Shown in pieces: positions 36,531 through 46,379 of a stretch of 64,000 bases of DNA (within the stretch, counting starts at the first letter, position 1; the number at the start of each line of letters is the position of its first letter). The translations under genes and the position numbers were made by a program. The stretch is from a virus, in the IMG/VR virus record IMGVR_UViG_3300025127_000013, positions 66,762-130,761 of that record. One strand, 5' to 3'. Under the pieces are notes generated by a model. That model saw only the letters and a list, made by a program, of their open reading frames with translations. It did not search any database and was not told the DNA's origin.

Positions 36531-37395
36531 TGATTTTGATTTTGCACAGTTACCACCCAAGAAGAATAACTTTACTTTAAGAGAAATAGGTATGCTTGAG
36601 TCTTCTTTAGAAAGCATTGATTATTCTATCATGTCTTGGCTAAAAGAGGATTTAGAATTAAGTGCTAGAACAAATGCTGGTTATACCCGTGTTCCTGTTT
36701 TCTGGCAATCCCCAGAGAGATCATTTCAAGTAAAAGATGATAAGTCCCTTAGAGACAAAGAAGGATCGATTATCTTGCCTGTTGTGAGCATCGAGAGAAC
36801 CGGCATAGTCAAGGATCCAGCCATGAAAGGGTCTTTTCAAGCTCATCTTTTTTCCAATGATGGTGATGGCCGCACTGGCAGAATGGTCATAGCTAAGAAA
36901 ATAAAGCAAGATAAAACCAGAAACTTTGCTGTAGCAGCCGGTTCAAGGAACATAACCGGTGCACCCGGCCAAAGAAACTTTCCCAGAGTGAATCATAAAA
37001 TTGTAATTCAAACATTATCTATTCCAATCCCTGTGTATGTTAATTTGGAGTATAAGATTACACTAAGAACAGAGTATCAGCAACAAATGAATTCTCTGAT
37101 GGAGCCATTTATTGCAAGAACAGGACAGATTAATTCTTTCCTGCTGAGACGAAATGGACATATTTATGAGGCTTTTATAGATCAAAACTTTGCTCACAAT
37201 AATAATGTAGCAACTCTTAACGAAGAAGTTCGCATGTTTGAGACAGATATAACAATTAGTGTTTTAGGTTACTTAATTGGCGAAGGCGACAACGATGATC
37301 GAGAGTTAGTTAAGCGAGAAGAAAACTTTGTCGAAGTACAATTTCCAAGAGAAAGAGTTCCACTTCCCGGGGAAGCAAGCTTTTTTGACGACTAA
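36520..37395 (+). CDS. Tail terminator/sheath stabiliser (gp15-like)
   Basis: VPVFWQSPER, LPVVSIERTG, PVYVNLEYKI; between neck and sheath. Confidence 0.65.
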   Translation: MLPDDFDFAQLPPKKNNFTLREIGMLESSLESIDYSIMSWLKEDLELSARTNAGYTRVPVFWQSPERSFQVKDDKSLRDKEGSIILPVVSIERTGIVKDPAMKGSFQAHLFSNDGDGRTGRMVIAKKIKQDKTRNFAVAAGSRNITGAPGQRNFPRVNHKIVIQTLSIPIPVYVNLEYKITLRTEYQQQMNSLMEPFIARTGQINSFLLRRNGHIYEAFIDQNFAHNNNVATLNEEVRMFETDITISVLGYLIGEGDNDDRELVKREENFVEVQFPRERVPLPGEASFFDD

Positions 37396-37451
37396 ATCAG
37401 GAAGTGAACATTATTTTGTTGTTTCTCTTCCTCCTTTTGAAGATGAAAATA

Positions 37452-37458
37452 CTATTTA
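37452..37458 (+). promoter_or_regulatory. Putative late promoter motif CTAnTTA
   Basis: TACTATTTAA upstream of sheath. Confidence 0.65.
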
Positions 37459-37513
37459 AGTTATGATATACATGTCATCATGACAACTTATTCTAGAAAA
37501 GGAAAGCAACATT

Positions 37514-40402
37514 ATGTCAGCAAAGAAATTTAAATTTGTGTCACCGGGTGTTTTTATCAACGAAATCGATAACTCGTTTATTCCCCGTACAGCAGATACA
37601 ATAGGTCCAGCAGTTATTGGTAGGGCAACTCGTGGTCTTGCGATGCAGCCTATTAGAGTTAACTCGTACTCTCAATTCGTTGAGAACTTTGGCGAAACAG
37701 TTCCGGGCAACGGCGGTGGAGACATCTACAGAGATGGTAACTTACAGTCGCCCATGTATGGTCTTTATGCAGCTAAAGCTTTCTTACGACCTAATGTAGC
37801 TCCCCTTACTTTTATGAGGCTTCTTGGTCACCAGCATCCCGACAATGATGGTACCGATGGTGCTCAAGCTGGTTGGAAAACAGCACAGAATGCAGGTAAC
37901 CAAGGTGGCGGTGCATACGGTCTCTTTGTTATGAATTCAAGTTCAGCACAAACTGCCCACATCGCTGGTGATAAAGTTACAGCAAACTTAGCAGCAATTT
38001 TGTATGTTGACAACGGAAGAGTTGAATTGTCCGGATCTGTTTTCGGTGAGGCCGCCAACCTTCAAACATCCTCTATCGGTACCGCAATTAATTCCGATTC
38101 GGGCGGTGTCTTCAAGTTGAATGTTGTCAGTGGATCCAGCACTGTTGTTGAAACAATTAATGTCAGTCTTGACGATACAAACAAAGAATACATAAGAGAA
38201 GTATTAAATACAAACCCACAAGTTATAGATTCGACTGGTGGAACATTTTACAATTCATCTGCTCTTAAGCAGTACTGGCTTGGTGAAACATTCGATCAAG
38301 AAACAAGAGATGTGCACTCCAACTTGAGCACAACACTTACTGGTTTTATTGCCGCCATAAACTTGAGTTCGTCGATCGCTAGCTCGCCTTCACAAATGAA
38401 GGGTGCTAACTCTCGCGAAGCTGCAGCCGGCTGGTTCATTGGTCAAGACTTGGGAGCCGCTGGGCTTTACACTGCTGAAAAAATGCAAAAGTTGTTTAGA
38501 CTTCGCGGCCGCGGCCATGGAGAATACTTAAATGAAAACCTTAAAGTCTCAATTACCGAGATTCGTAAGAGTAACAACAGTATTGACGATTACGGCAGCT
38601 TCAATGTAGTCCTTCGCAGGTTGAGCGATATGGACGGCTCCGTTCAAATTGTCGAGCAGTTCGCAAACTGTAATCTAAATCCCGCCTCGCCAAACTTCAT
38701 TTCGAGAAAGATTGGAGATCAATTCCTTGAATGGAGTGAGACTGAAAGAAGACTTAAGCTCTACGGTGAATACCCCAACCAATCCAATTATGTTTATGTC
38801 GAAATGAACACTGATGTTGAAGCAGGAGCAACCGATCCTGCACTTCTGCCCTTTGGTTACTTTGGACCACCAAAGTACACAAACGGAGATGTTATCATCG
38901 CTCAGGCCGCATCTGAGCAGCAAATAGGTGATGGTTTATACTTCTATCTGGGTTCGTCCACACTTGCCGGTGGTGTAACTCGCAAGTCCTTTGTTTCGGG
39001 TGGTAATGCAACTGCTCCAGCACTCGGACTTACCGCATCGCTTGTATATCCCGATATTAGACTTCGACTGTCATCTTCTGATGGTTCAACTTCCAGAGCA
39101 GAAGATGTCTGCTTCGGAATTCAAACTACAAGAACAGCACAGTCAAACAGATTTGATCCAAGCACAAGATTTGTTAACAGAATGCTTAATAATGATATTG
39201 GCCAAGATCCAGTAGATTCTGTAATCGCAGGTATTGATCCATTCGGTTATGTATTCTCGCTTGATGATATTGTAGCAACCTCTGATAACACAACATTCTA
39301 TCAGTCAGGTTCTCGTGCTCTCGGTTCGTCCAAGAGTGCAACCGGTGGATACGGCTCACTTCTTGACTTGGGCTTCAACTCATTCACTGCTCCGTTCTTC
39401 GGAGGATTCGATGGACTTGATATTACTCAACCTGATCCCTTCCGTAACAAGCAGTTTAGTGCTGGTTCAACCGAAAGAAATAGCTCGCCGTATTACTCAA
39501 TTCTCAGAGCTATTGACACCTTGGCAGATCCCGAAGCTGTTGATGCAAACATGATTGTTATGCCCGGTCTTACCAACGAGGGTCTTACAAACAGAATTAT
39601 TGATGTCTGTGAGGACCGCGGCGATGCCATGACAATTATTGATTTGGAAGACGGCTACATTCCTCCTCACGAGGAAAGAAAAGCTACTAAGTCTGCACAA
39701 ATCCCTAACACCCCACAGCAGCTTGCCAACAATCTTAAGAATCGTGTTGTTGATTCTTCCTATGCTGCCACATTCTATCCATGGGTACAGACCCGTGAAG
39801 AAAGCAATGGTCAGCTTGTTTGGGTACCGCCAAGTGTTGCAATGATGGGTGTGTTGGCTTCGTCTGAAAGAAAGTCTCACCTCTGGTTCGCCCCTGCCGG
39901 CTTTAACCGCGGCGGCCTCTCTGAAGGTGCAGCAGGTATCCCAATCGTTGGTGTTACCACAAAGCTTACATCGAGAGAAAGAGACACACTCTACGATGCT
40001 AGAATTAACCCGATTGCCTCGTTCCCATCTACTGGAATCGTTGTGTTCGGTCAGAAGACTCTACAAGAGCGACAAAGTGCCCTTGATAGAATCAATGTTC
40101 GCAGATTGGTAATCTTCTTGAAGAAGGAAATTTCTAGAATTTCCTCAACAATTCTCTTTGAGCAAAATGTCCAAGCAACTTGGAACCGCTTCAAGGGACT
40201 CGTTGAGCCCTTCTTGGCTACCGTTAGAACAAACTTTGGTATCTCCGATTATAGATTAATCCTTGACGAGTCTACCACTACCCCTGACCTTGTTGATCAA
40301 AACATTCTTTATGCGAAGATCATGGTCAAACCCGCTAGAGCAATTGAATTCATCGCGATTGATTTCGTGGTGGCCTCAACAGGTGCGTCTTTTGACGACT
40401 AA
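37514..40402 (+). CDS. gp18: Contractile tail sheath protein (gp18-like)
   Basis: FVSPGVFINEIDNS, YAATFYPW, WFAPAGFNRG, INPI, FGQKTL, RINVRRL, KPARAIEFI. Confidence 0.96.
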   Translation: MSAKKFKFVSPGVFINEIDNSFIPRTADTIGPAVIGRATRGLAMQPIRVNSYSQFVENFGETVPGNGGGDIYRDGNLQSPMYGLYAAKAFLRPNVAPLTFMRLLGHQHPDNDGTDGAQAGWKTAQNAGNQGGGAYGLFVMNSSSAQTAHIAGDKVTANLAAILYVDNGRVELSGSVFGEAANLQTSSIGTAINSDSGGVFKLNVVSGSSTVVETINVSLDDTNKEYIREVLNTNPQVIDSTGGTFYNSSALKQYWLGETFDQETRDVHSNLSTTLTGFIAAINLSSSIASSPSQMKGANSREAAAGWFIGQDLGAAGLYTAEKMQKLFRLRGRGHGEYLNENLKVSITEIRKSNNSIDDYGSFNVVLRRLSDMDGSVQIVEQFANCNLNPASPNFISRKIGDQFLEWSETERRLKLYGEYPNQSNYVYVEMNTDVEAGATDPALLPFGYFGPPKYTNGDVIIAQAASEQQIGDGLYFYLGSSTLAGGVTRKSFVSGGNATAPALGLTASLVYPDIRLRLSSSDGSTSRAEDVCFGIQTTRTAQSNRFDPSTRFVNRMLNNDIGQDPVDSVIAGIDPFGYVFSLDDIVATSDNTTFYQSGSRALGSSKSATGGYGSLLDLGFNSFTAPFFGGFDGLDITQPDPFRNKQFSAGSTERNSSPYYSILRAIDTLADPEAVDANMIVMPGLTNEGLTNRIIDVCEDRGDAMTIIDLEDGYIPPHEERKATKSAQIPNTPQQLANNLKNRVVDSSYAATFYPWVQTREESNGQLVWVPPSVAMMGVLASSERKSHLWFAPAGFNRGGLSEGAAGIPIVGVTTKLTSRERDTLYDARINPIASFPSTGIVVFGQKTLQERQSALDRINVRRLVIFLKKEISRISSTILFEQNVQATWNRFKGLVEPFLATVRTNFGISDYRLILDESTTTPDLVDQNILYAKIMVKPARAIEFIAIDFVVASTGASFDD

Positions 40403-40416
40403 AATAAACTAAGATA

Positions 40417-40423
40417 CTATTTA
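40417..40423 (+). promoter_or_regulatory. Putative late promoter motif CTAnTTA
   Basis: TACTATTTAA before RBS AAGGAG. Confidence 0.65.
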
Positions 40424-40448
40424 AAAATATACAAGGAGAACCCAAAAA

Positions 40449-41048
40449 ATGCCATTCTGGTCAGATGATTATCGCTCAGGAAACCTGAAAGATCCAAAGA
40501 GACAATTTAGATTTAAAGTAGAGATTACAGGTATCGATGCAGATACGGGCGGATCACTTATGTGGTATGCCAAAACAGTAAACAAGCCTTCGTTTGAGAT
40601 TTCAACTGGTGAGCATGTTTATCTTAACCATAAGTTTTACTACCCCGGTGGAGTCACTTGGGCTCCCATTAGTATGACTCTTGTTGATCCACGAGATCCC
40701 GACATGTCCGCTACATTATCTGACATTGTTGAACTTGCGGGATACTCCCCGCCCACAGATCCTAATGATCTTGGTTCGATGTCTAAAGCCAGATCCGCTG
40801 GTGCACTTGGAACAGTTTATATTTCGCAGCTTGATGGCGACGGAAATGAAATTGAAAAGTGGACTCTCTGGAATGCATTTATTACTAAGGTAGATTATGG
40901 TTCACTTCAATACGAAGGCGGCGAGGGTTTGGTTGAAATGAGCTTGGACATTGCTTACGACTGGGCTCGTGTTGAAACTGAAGGTGAAGGTGCTAAGGGC
41001 TCCGCAGCTACCGCTGGAAGTCAACAGAAAGAATTCTTCAGAGGTTAA
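40449..41048 (+). CDS. gp19: Tail tube protein (gp19-like)
   Basis: PKRQFRFKV, KPSF, YPGGVTW.PISMTL.DP, EKWTL.NAF, YGSL.Y, IAYDWA; after sheath. Confidence 0.88.
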   Translation: MPFWSDDYRSGNLKDPKRQFRFKVEITGIDADTGGSLMWYAKTVNKPSFEISTGEHVYLNHKFYYPGGVTWAPISMTLVDPRDPDMSATLSDIVELAGYSPPTDPNDLGSMSKARSAGALGTVYISQLDGDGNEIEKWTLWNAFITKVDYGSLQYEGGEGLVEMSLDIAYDWARVETEGEGAKGSAATAGSQQKEFFRG

Positions 41049-41112
41049 AAACCCCTCTAAAAGAATATCATATATGTTATAATAAATTTATCTAGAAAAA
41101 ACGAGGTGTATA

Positions 41113-41991
41113 TTGTCTAGAAATAGTGATCGCTTAATGGGCGGTGGTGGTGCAACGGAACAGCAAGACACTACCCCGCCACAGCAAGTTACCCAACAAA
41201 ACTCAAATGATTTTAGTTTTGTAGTTCCAACAGAGTTTGTAGAGTTGCCATCAGGAGGTGCTTTGTACCCAGCTGGTCATCCTTTATGTGGCCAAGAAAC
41301 AATTGAAATCAAGCAAATGACAGCGAAGGAAGAAGACATGTTGACTTCTCGCAGCTTGTTAAAGAAGGGAGTGGCTTTAGAACGAGTCATCTCAAGTATT
41401 ATTACCAATAAATCTATTGATCCTGAGACCTTGCTTGTCGGTGACAGAAATGCAATTATTATTGCTGCCAGAATTTCAGCATACGGTTCAGAGTATAACA
41501 CACAAGTTACTTGTCCCAATTGCACCACTCAGCAGGAATATTCTTTTAATTTAAGTGACATTGAATTTGTTGACACATCCTCTGCTGACAATGAATTTGA
41601 TGGCTTGGTTGATTTACAAGAGGACGGCACTTACACTGTTAGGTTACCAAGATCAGAACTCTTGGTAGGCTTCAAAGTGCTGACCGGTAAGGATGAGAAG
41701 GACATGGCTACGGGCTTAGAGCTTGATAAGAAGACCAAAGGCTCGTATGAAAAAGGGGTCACCAGACAACTTAAAAATATTCTTGTCTCTGTTAATGGTA
41801 ATACCACATCAGAGGCCATCAATTATGTTGTAGACAATCTTCCATCGCTCGATGCCAGATACCTTCGCCAAGCCTACAGGGCAACCGTGCCGAACATCGA
41901 TATGACTCAAGACTTTGAGTGTATTAATTGTGGCTTTGAGTCGGCACTGGAGGTGCCGCTTACTGCGGACTTTTTTTGGCCTGACCGATGA
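41113..41991 (+). CDS. Tail/baseplate-hub assembly chaperone (T4 gp26-like)
   Basis: ELPSGG..YP, MTAKEEDML, DRNAIIIAARISAYG, CPNC and CINC, ends DFFWP. Confidence 0.75.
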   Translation: MSRNSDRLMGGGGATEQQDTTPPQQVTQQNSNDFSFVVPTEFVELPSGGALYPAGHPLCGQETIEIKQMTAKEEDMLTSRSLLKKGVALERVISSIITNKSIDPETLLVGDRNAIIIAARISAYGSEYNTQVTCPNCTTQQEYSFNLSDIEFVDTSSADNEFDGLVDLQEDGTYTVRLPRSELLVGFKVLTGKDEKDMATGLELDKKTKGSYEKGVTRQLKNILVSVNGNTTSEAINYVVDNLPSLDARYLRQAYRATVPNIDMTQDFECINCGFESALEVPLTADFFWPDR

Positions 41992-41995
41992 ATAC

Positions 41996-42238
41996 ATGGA
42001 GAACATCTACGAGCAATTCTTCTTTTTGAAATATGCTGGTGGATGGTCTTTCTCTGAAGCTTACAATTTACCTATTGGTCTTAGAAAATGGTTTGTGCAA
42101 AGACTTTCAAAACAGTTGAATGATGAGAAAGAAGCTATTGAAAATGCTAGCAAATCTCGTGGTGGTTCTCAAACACTAACATCGAACAATTCACCACCAG
42201 TGCCATCAAGCTATAGCAAAAAATACGGACAGGGTTAA
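41996..42238 (+). CDS. Second chaperone ORF (gp51-like), probably reached by frameshift
   Basis: YEQFFFLKYAGGWSFSEAYNLPIGLRKWFVQRL; frame is open back through the T7 run at 41971-41977; no SD before ATG 41996. Confidence 0.65.
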   Translation: MENIYEQFFFLKYAGGWSFSEAYNLPIGLRKWFVQRLSKQLNDEKEAIENASKSRGGSQTLTSNNSPPVPSSYSKKYGQG

Positions 42239-42253
42239 TCCCTGTCTTTTTTT
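42228..42253 (+). terminator. Rho-independent terminator
   Basis: GACAGGG-TTAAT-CCCTGTC followed by T7. Confidence 0.8.
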
Positions 42254-42260
42254 GTTGTAA

Positions 42261-42267
42261 CTAATTA
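42261..42267 (+). promoter_or_regulatory. Putative late promoter motif CTAnTTA
   Basis: AACTAATTAA after the terminator, before the tape measure gene. Confidence 0.55.
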
Positions 42268-42285
42268 ATTAAGCAGGAAACGATT

Positions 42286-44856
42286 ATGGCTGATCAACCT
42301 TTAGATCCTAAAACCTTAAAAGAAATTCAAAGATTACTTAAAGGTATCAACGAAGAGATGACAGACTATCGTGATATCATTCGTGATAATGAAACTTTCT
42401 TTGGTATGATGCTAGACACAAGAGTGCAAGCAGCCAAAGCAGAGTTAAAGGGACTTAAAGATTCGATCGCTGCAGCATTAGCTAAGAAAAATGCACAGAA
42501 AGAACTCACTGAAGCCGAACAAGAATTAATTGATAATGCCGACGATCGGATTAATAAATTAAGCGAAGAGGTAGAAAAACAACAACAAATGACTACAGCA
42601 GCGAAAAAAACCGCTGCTGAAATGATGAAACTGACTGAAGTTTACGGCCGTCATGAAATCGTAACAGTTGACTTAATGGCCCGAGTCTTTAAGCTCGGCG
42701 GAAATCTTATGAATGTAAAAGCTGCCGCCGGAGTTGCAGCGGGTGCAATTGGCGGTCTCGCCAACACAATGATTAAACTTGCATTTGATGTTGACGAATC
42801 TTCTTCCGCACTCACGAAGAATTTAGGCATCAACAGAGAAATGGCTGATGCTGTGTTCGCAAACACACAAGAAATGGCAAGACTTGGTGTAAGTGTTGAA
42901 GACCAGCAAAAATCGTTTGAATCATTGTTTAAAACATACACTGGATTTTCTTCCGCCAATACATCATTAAGAACAGAACTTACTGCCACAGCCGCCACCC
43001 TCGAAAAACTTGGTGTATCTAACAGAGATTTTTCTGTTGGAATAGAAAACACAACAAAGTTCTTTAATCAGACCGGAGAGGCTGCTGCAGCAACCGCAAG
43101 AGATTTGGCTGATTTTGGAACGATAATCGGTCGAACTCCTCAACAAATTGCATCAGACTTCGCTGGTATCGGTGAATCTATCGCCAAGCTAGGCTCTGAT
43201 GGCCCAAGGGCATTTAAAGACTTAGCAATCGCCTCCAAGGTCACAGGAATTGAAATCAATAAACTTATGCAGATTACAGATAAGTTTGACACCTTTGAGG
43301 GAGCAGCCACACAAGCAGGTAAATTAAATGCAGCACTAGGTGGAAACTTTGTTAATGCTATGGATCTAATGATGGCTACCGATCCCGCTGAAAGATTTGA
43401 GATGATTAGAGACTCTATTTTAGATACGGGTCTATCCTTTGACGACATGTCGTACTTCCAAAGAAAATTCTTTACAGAAGCAGCCGGCTTAGATAATGTT
43501 GGAGACTTAGCCAAGTTGATGAGCGGAAACTTTGAAGATTTGGCTGGTGCAACACAAATGTCATCTGACGATTTTGCAAAATTAGCAGAAAGAACAAAAG
43601 CAAATCAGAGCATTCAAGAAGAACTTAAAGCGACATTGGCGGCATTAGTGCCTGTGCTTCAACCTGTTATTGTTAGTTTGAGAGAATTAGCTCAGGAATT
43701 AACTGAAGACGATGAATTTATGAGTAATTTAAAGGACACCATAGGATTGATCGGCGAGGTTGTTATATTCTTTATTGAAAATTTAAAAGTGTTAACTTTA
43801 ACTTTGGGTGGTCTTGGGCTAGTGAGAGCCGTCCGCGGATTCGTGGCATTAAAAGGCGGCATATCGGGTGCACTCGGAGCCGTTACAAATTTAAAAACAA
43901 CTGTTGGAAAGGGCGGCTTTTTAAAATCGCTAAGTTCTTTCTTGTTTGGTGGAGCCGCTAATGCAGCCGCACCAGAAGCCGCTGCCCGTGGCTTTCAAGC
44001 ACAAGCAGATGCAGCCGGTGAGTTAGCAGATGTTGGCGAAGATGCAGCCGGAGCCATTGAAGCAATGGGTGAGGCATCTGGCGATGCTGCTGCTAATCTT
44101 GCAAAAATGGTTAAGCCTATCCTTGCCATTGGTGCATCTGTTGCTATAGCAGCATTTGGTGTGTCATTTTTAGTAAAAGCATTCGGCGAACTTACAGGCG
44201 AACAAATTGTTGGAGCTATTGCCGGAATTGCAGCACTTGGTGGAACACTTGCTTTGTTTGCCAAAGTTGCATTTGCCGCGGCCGCCCCAACAGGTGCTGT
44301 GGCTATAGGAATACTGGCAATTGGTGCAGCAGTCGGCATAGCTGCGGTTGGCCTGTCTATTTTGGTTGAATCGTTTAGAGGCATGGCCGATCAATCAGCC
44401 AATATATTGGCAACTTCTATAGCCTTGGGAGCACTGACCGCCTCTGTTTTGGTTCTTGGAAAGTTTGGTGCTTTAGCTGGTCCCGGTTTTGCTATAGTAA
44501 CACTTGGATTATTAGGAATTGGTGCAGCCATATCTGGCATGGATGCAGAACCATTAGGAAAACTAACCTCTAGTTTGGCCGAAATGATGGACAATACTGC
44601 CGGCCTAAGACTAGTGAGAGCAGAAATTGAAGCCATCGCATCCGCTATGGAAAAAGTTCCAACCGGTGCTTCGCTGGCATTCGCACAAACAGCCGCTGTA
44701 GCAGGTGATTTTAGAGCTACCGGTGCGGCAGAAAGCAATGTAACATTCCAGCCAGAAATGAATGTAAACTTAGTTGTTGAAGGTGAACAATTTAGAACAT
44801 ACATCAAAAATGTTGTTGGCACAGAAATTTCTCAAGCAATGAGAAAAAGAAAATAG
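42286..44856 (+). CDS. Tail tape measure protein
   Basis: Long helical Ala/Gly-rich protein with hydrophobic C-terminal stretches, after tube and chaperones. Confidence 0.8.
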   Translation: MADQPLDPKTLKEIQRLLKGINEEMTDYRDIIRDNETFFGMMLDTRVQAAKAELKGLKDSIAAALAKKNAQKELTEAEQELIDNADDRINKLSEEVEKQQQMTTAAKKTAAEMMKLTEVYGRHEIVTVDLMARVFKLGGNLMNVKAAAGVAAGAIGGLANTMIKLAFDVDESSSALTKNLGINREMADAVFANTQEMARLGVSVEDQQKSFESLFKTYTGFSSANTSLRTELTATAATLEKLGVSNRDFSVGIENTTKFFNQTGEAAAATARDLADFGTIIGRTPQQIASDFAGIGESIAKLGSDGPRAFKDLAIASKVTGIEINKLMQITDKFDTFEGAATQAGKLNAALGGNFVNAMDLMMATDPAERFEMIRDSILDTGLSFDDMSYFQRKFFTEAAGLDNVGDLAKLMSGNFEDLAGATQMSSDDFAKLAERTKANQSIQEELKATLAALVPVLQPVIVSLRELAQELTEDDEFMSNLKDTIGLIGEVVIFFIENLKVLTLTLGGLGLVRAVRGFVALKGGISGALGAVTNLKTTVGKGGFLKSLSSFLFGGAANAAAPEAAARGFQAQADAAGELADVGEDAAGAIEAMGEASGDAAANLAKMVKPILAIGASVAIAAFGVSFLVKAFGELTGEQIVGAIAGIAALGGTLALFAKVAFAAAAPTGAVAIGILAIGAAVGIAAVGLSILVESFRGMADQSANILATSIALGALTASVLVLGKFGALAGPGFAIVTLGLLGIGAAISGMDAEPLGKLTSSLAEMMDNTAGLRLVRAEIEAIASAMEKVPTGASLAFAQTAAVAGDFRATGAAESNVTFQPEMNVNLVVEGEQFRTYIKNVVGTEISQAMRKRK

Positions 44857-44869
44857 GAGTATATAAGTT

Positions 44870-46027
44870 ATGGCAAAAGATCCAAAATCAAGATTCAATA
44901 GCGAACGATATAAAGCTATAACTGTGGGCGGCATTCGCTCAGTGAGAGAACTAGATGAGCTTGGTGTTGATACAGTAGAGGGCCGCAAGGCTTATCCGGA
45001 CTTTGCCCCGGGATCATACATCGCTGCTACCGATAATATAGCTAATCAACATGAAGCAGTAATTTCCTTTCAGCATGTCCCGAGTGGTGAAGATGTTTAT
45101 TTTAAAGCATTCATTACAACATTCTCAGATACCTTATCACCCTCATATACCGAAGAAACTGTTTTTGGAAGAACAGATCCAATATACACATTTAAGAACA
45201 CAACTAGAAATATTAGTTTAAATTGGAAAATTCCAGCAGCTTCTGTTAGTGAAGCTTATGAAAATCTTGGCAAAGCTCAAACACTGGCTCAATTTGTTTA
45301 CCCCAACTATGCGGACTTGGGATCTGCTAACAGTATTGATGCACTTACTATTTCTCAAACTCCGTTAGTTAGATTAAAAGTCATGAACTTATTGACAAGT
45401 AATCTCGGTGAAGTTGACTCAAGTGGACAGCCAGTAAAATCAGGCGATGCAGGCAACACACCGACAAATAAATTAAGAGAATACAGAACAAATTCTGATT
45501 CTAGTAACGGGGCCCTTGGTGTAATTAAAAGTATGACAATTGTGCATAATCTCGAAAATCATGATATCGGAGTTTTGAATACTGCTCCAAACACAGTTTT
45601 ACCTAAATTAATTGAGATTAGCCTTTCTTTTGATGTTATTCATGAGGACACACTTGGCTGGCAAAACACGAAAGGCTTTACAAACAAAGGCTTTCCATAT
45701 AAAGTAAAATTAGAAGATGAGATTGATGCCATGGACCTCTTTGATGTGGCCACTTTTGATCAAAGAATTGATGAAAGAAAAGCCGAACGAGAGAAAAGAG
45801 AGCAAAGAGAGCAGGATATAGCTAATGCCAAGGCAAGATACGGGACTTTTGGTGGAAGAGCCAGATTCAAACAAGACGAAAAAAGATTGAACAGGCTTAA
45901 TAAAAAAGGTGAATTGAATGAAAGACAACAAGCAAGAAAAGATTATCTTGAATCCGCCCGTGACGGAGTATTAAACCCAGATGATAAAGGAAATGCACAA
46001 AACAATTTTGACGACTTTGTTAGTTAG
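44870..46027 (+). CDS. Baseplate/tail-tube initiator-like protein
   Basis: FKAFIT.FSD...Y.E..VFGRTDPIYTFKNTTR.ISL.W, P.VRL, LPKLIEISLSFDVIHE. Confidence 0.65.
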   Translation: MAKDPKSRFNSERYKAITVGGIRSVRELDELGVDTVEGRKAYPDFAPGSYIAATDNIANQHEAVISFQHVPSGEDVYFKAFITTFSDTLSPSYTEETVFGRTDPIYTFKNTTRNISLNWKIPAASVSEAYENLGKAQTLAQFVYPNYADLGSANSIDALTISQTPLVRLKVMNLLTSNLGEVDSSGQPVKSGDAGNTPTNKLREYRTNSDSSNGALGVIKSMTIVHNLENHDIGVLNTAPNTVLPKLIEISLSFDVIHEDTLGWQNTKGFTNKGFPYKVKLEDEIDAMDLFDVATFDQRIDERKAEREKREQREQDIANAKARYGTFGGRARFKQDEKRLNRLNKKGELNERQQARKDYLESARDGVLNPDDKGNAQNNFDDFVS

Positions 46028-46038
46028 GAAAATAAATT

Positions 46039-46377
46039 ATGAGCCGCTACAACAAACATAAAATTTTAAATAACTCAAACGAGTATTACAGAAGGTTACG
46101 ACAAACCCGTAACAATCAAAAAAATATTAGTCAGTTTGAAACACCTATTTTAAGACACCCCACCGTATCTGATCGTATTGACATCGACTCCACACAAATC
46201 GTGTATGGTGTAGGCGATAGACTTTACAAACTCGCAGATCAATATTACAATGATGTTACACTTTGGTGGATTATTGCTTGGTATAACGGCCGCCCAACAG
46301 AAGCTGACTTTTTCCCGGGTGACCTCATAACAATACCATTGAATATAGAACAAGTTATTGAAGCATATGGATTATAA
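46039..46377 (+). CDS. LysM-like baseplate wedge protein (gp53/tail X-like)
   Basis: GDRLYKLADQYYND.TLWWIIAWYN....PGD.ITIP. Confidence 0.8.
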   Translation: MSRYNKHKILNNSNEYYRRLRQTRNNQKNISQFETPILRHPTVSDRIDIDSTQIVYGVGDRLYKLADQYYNDVTLWWIIAWYNGRPTEADFFPGDLITIPLNIEQVIEAYGL

Positions 46378-46379
46378 AC

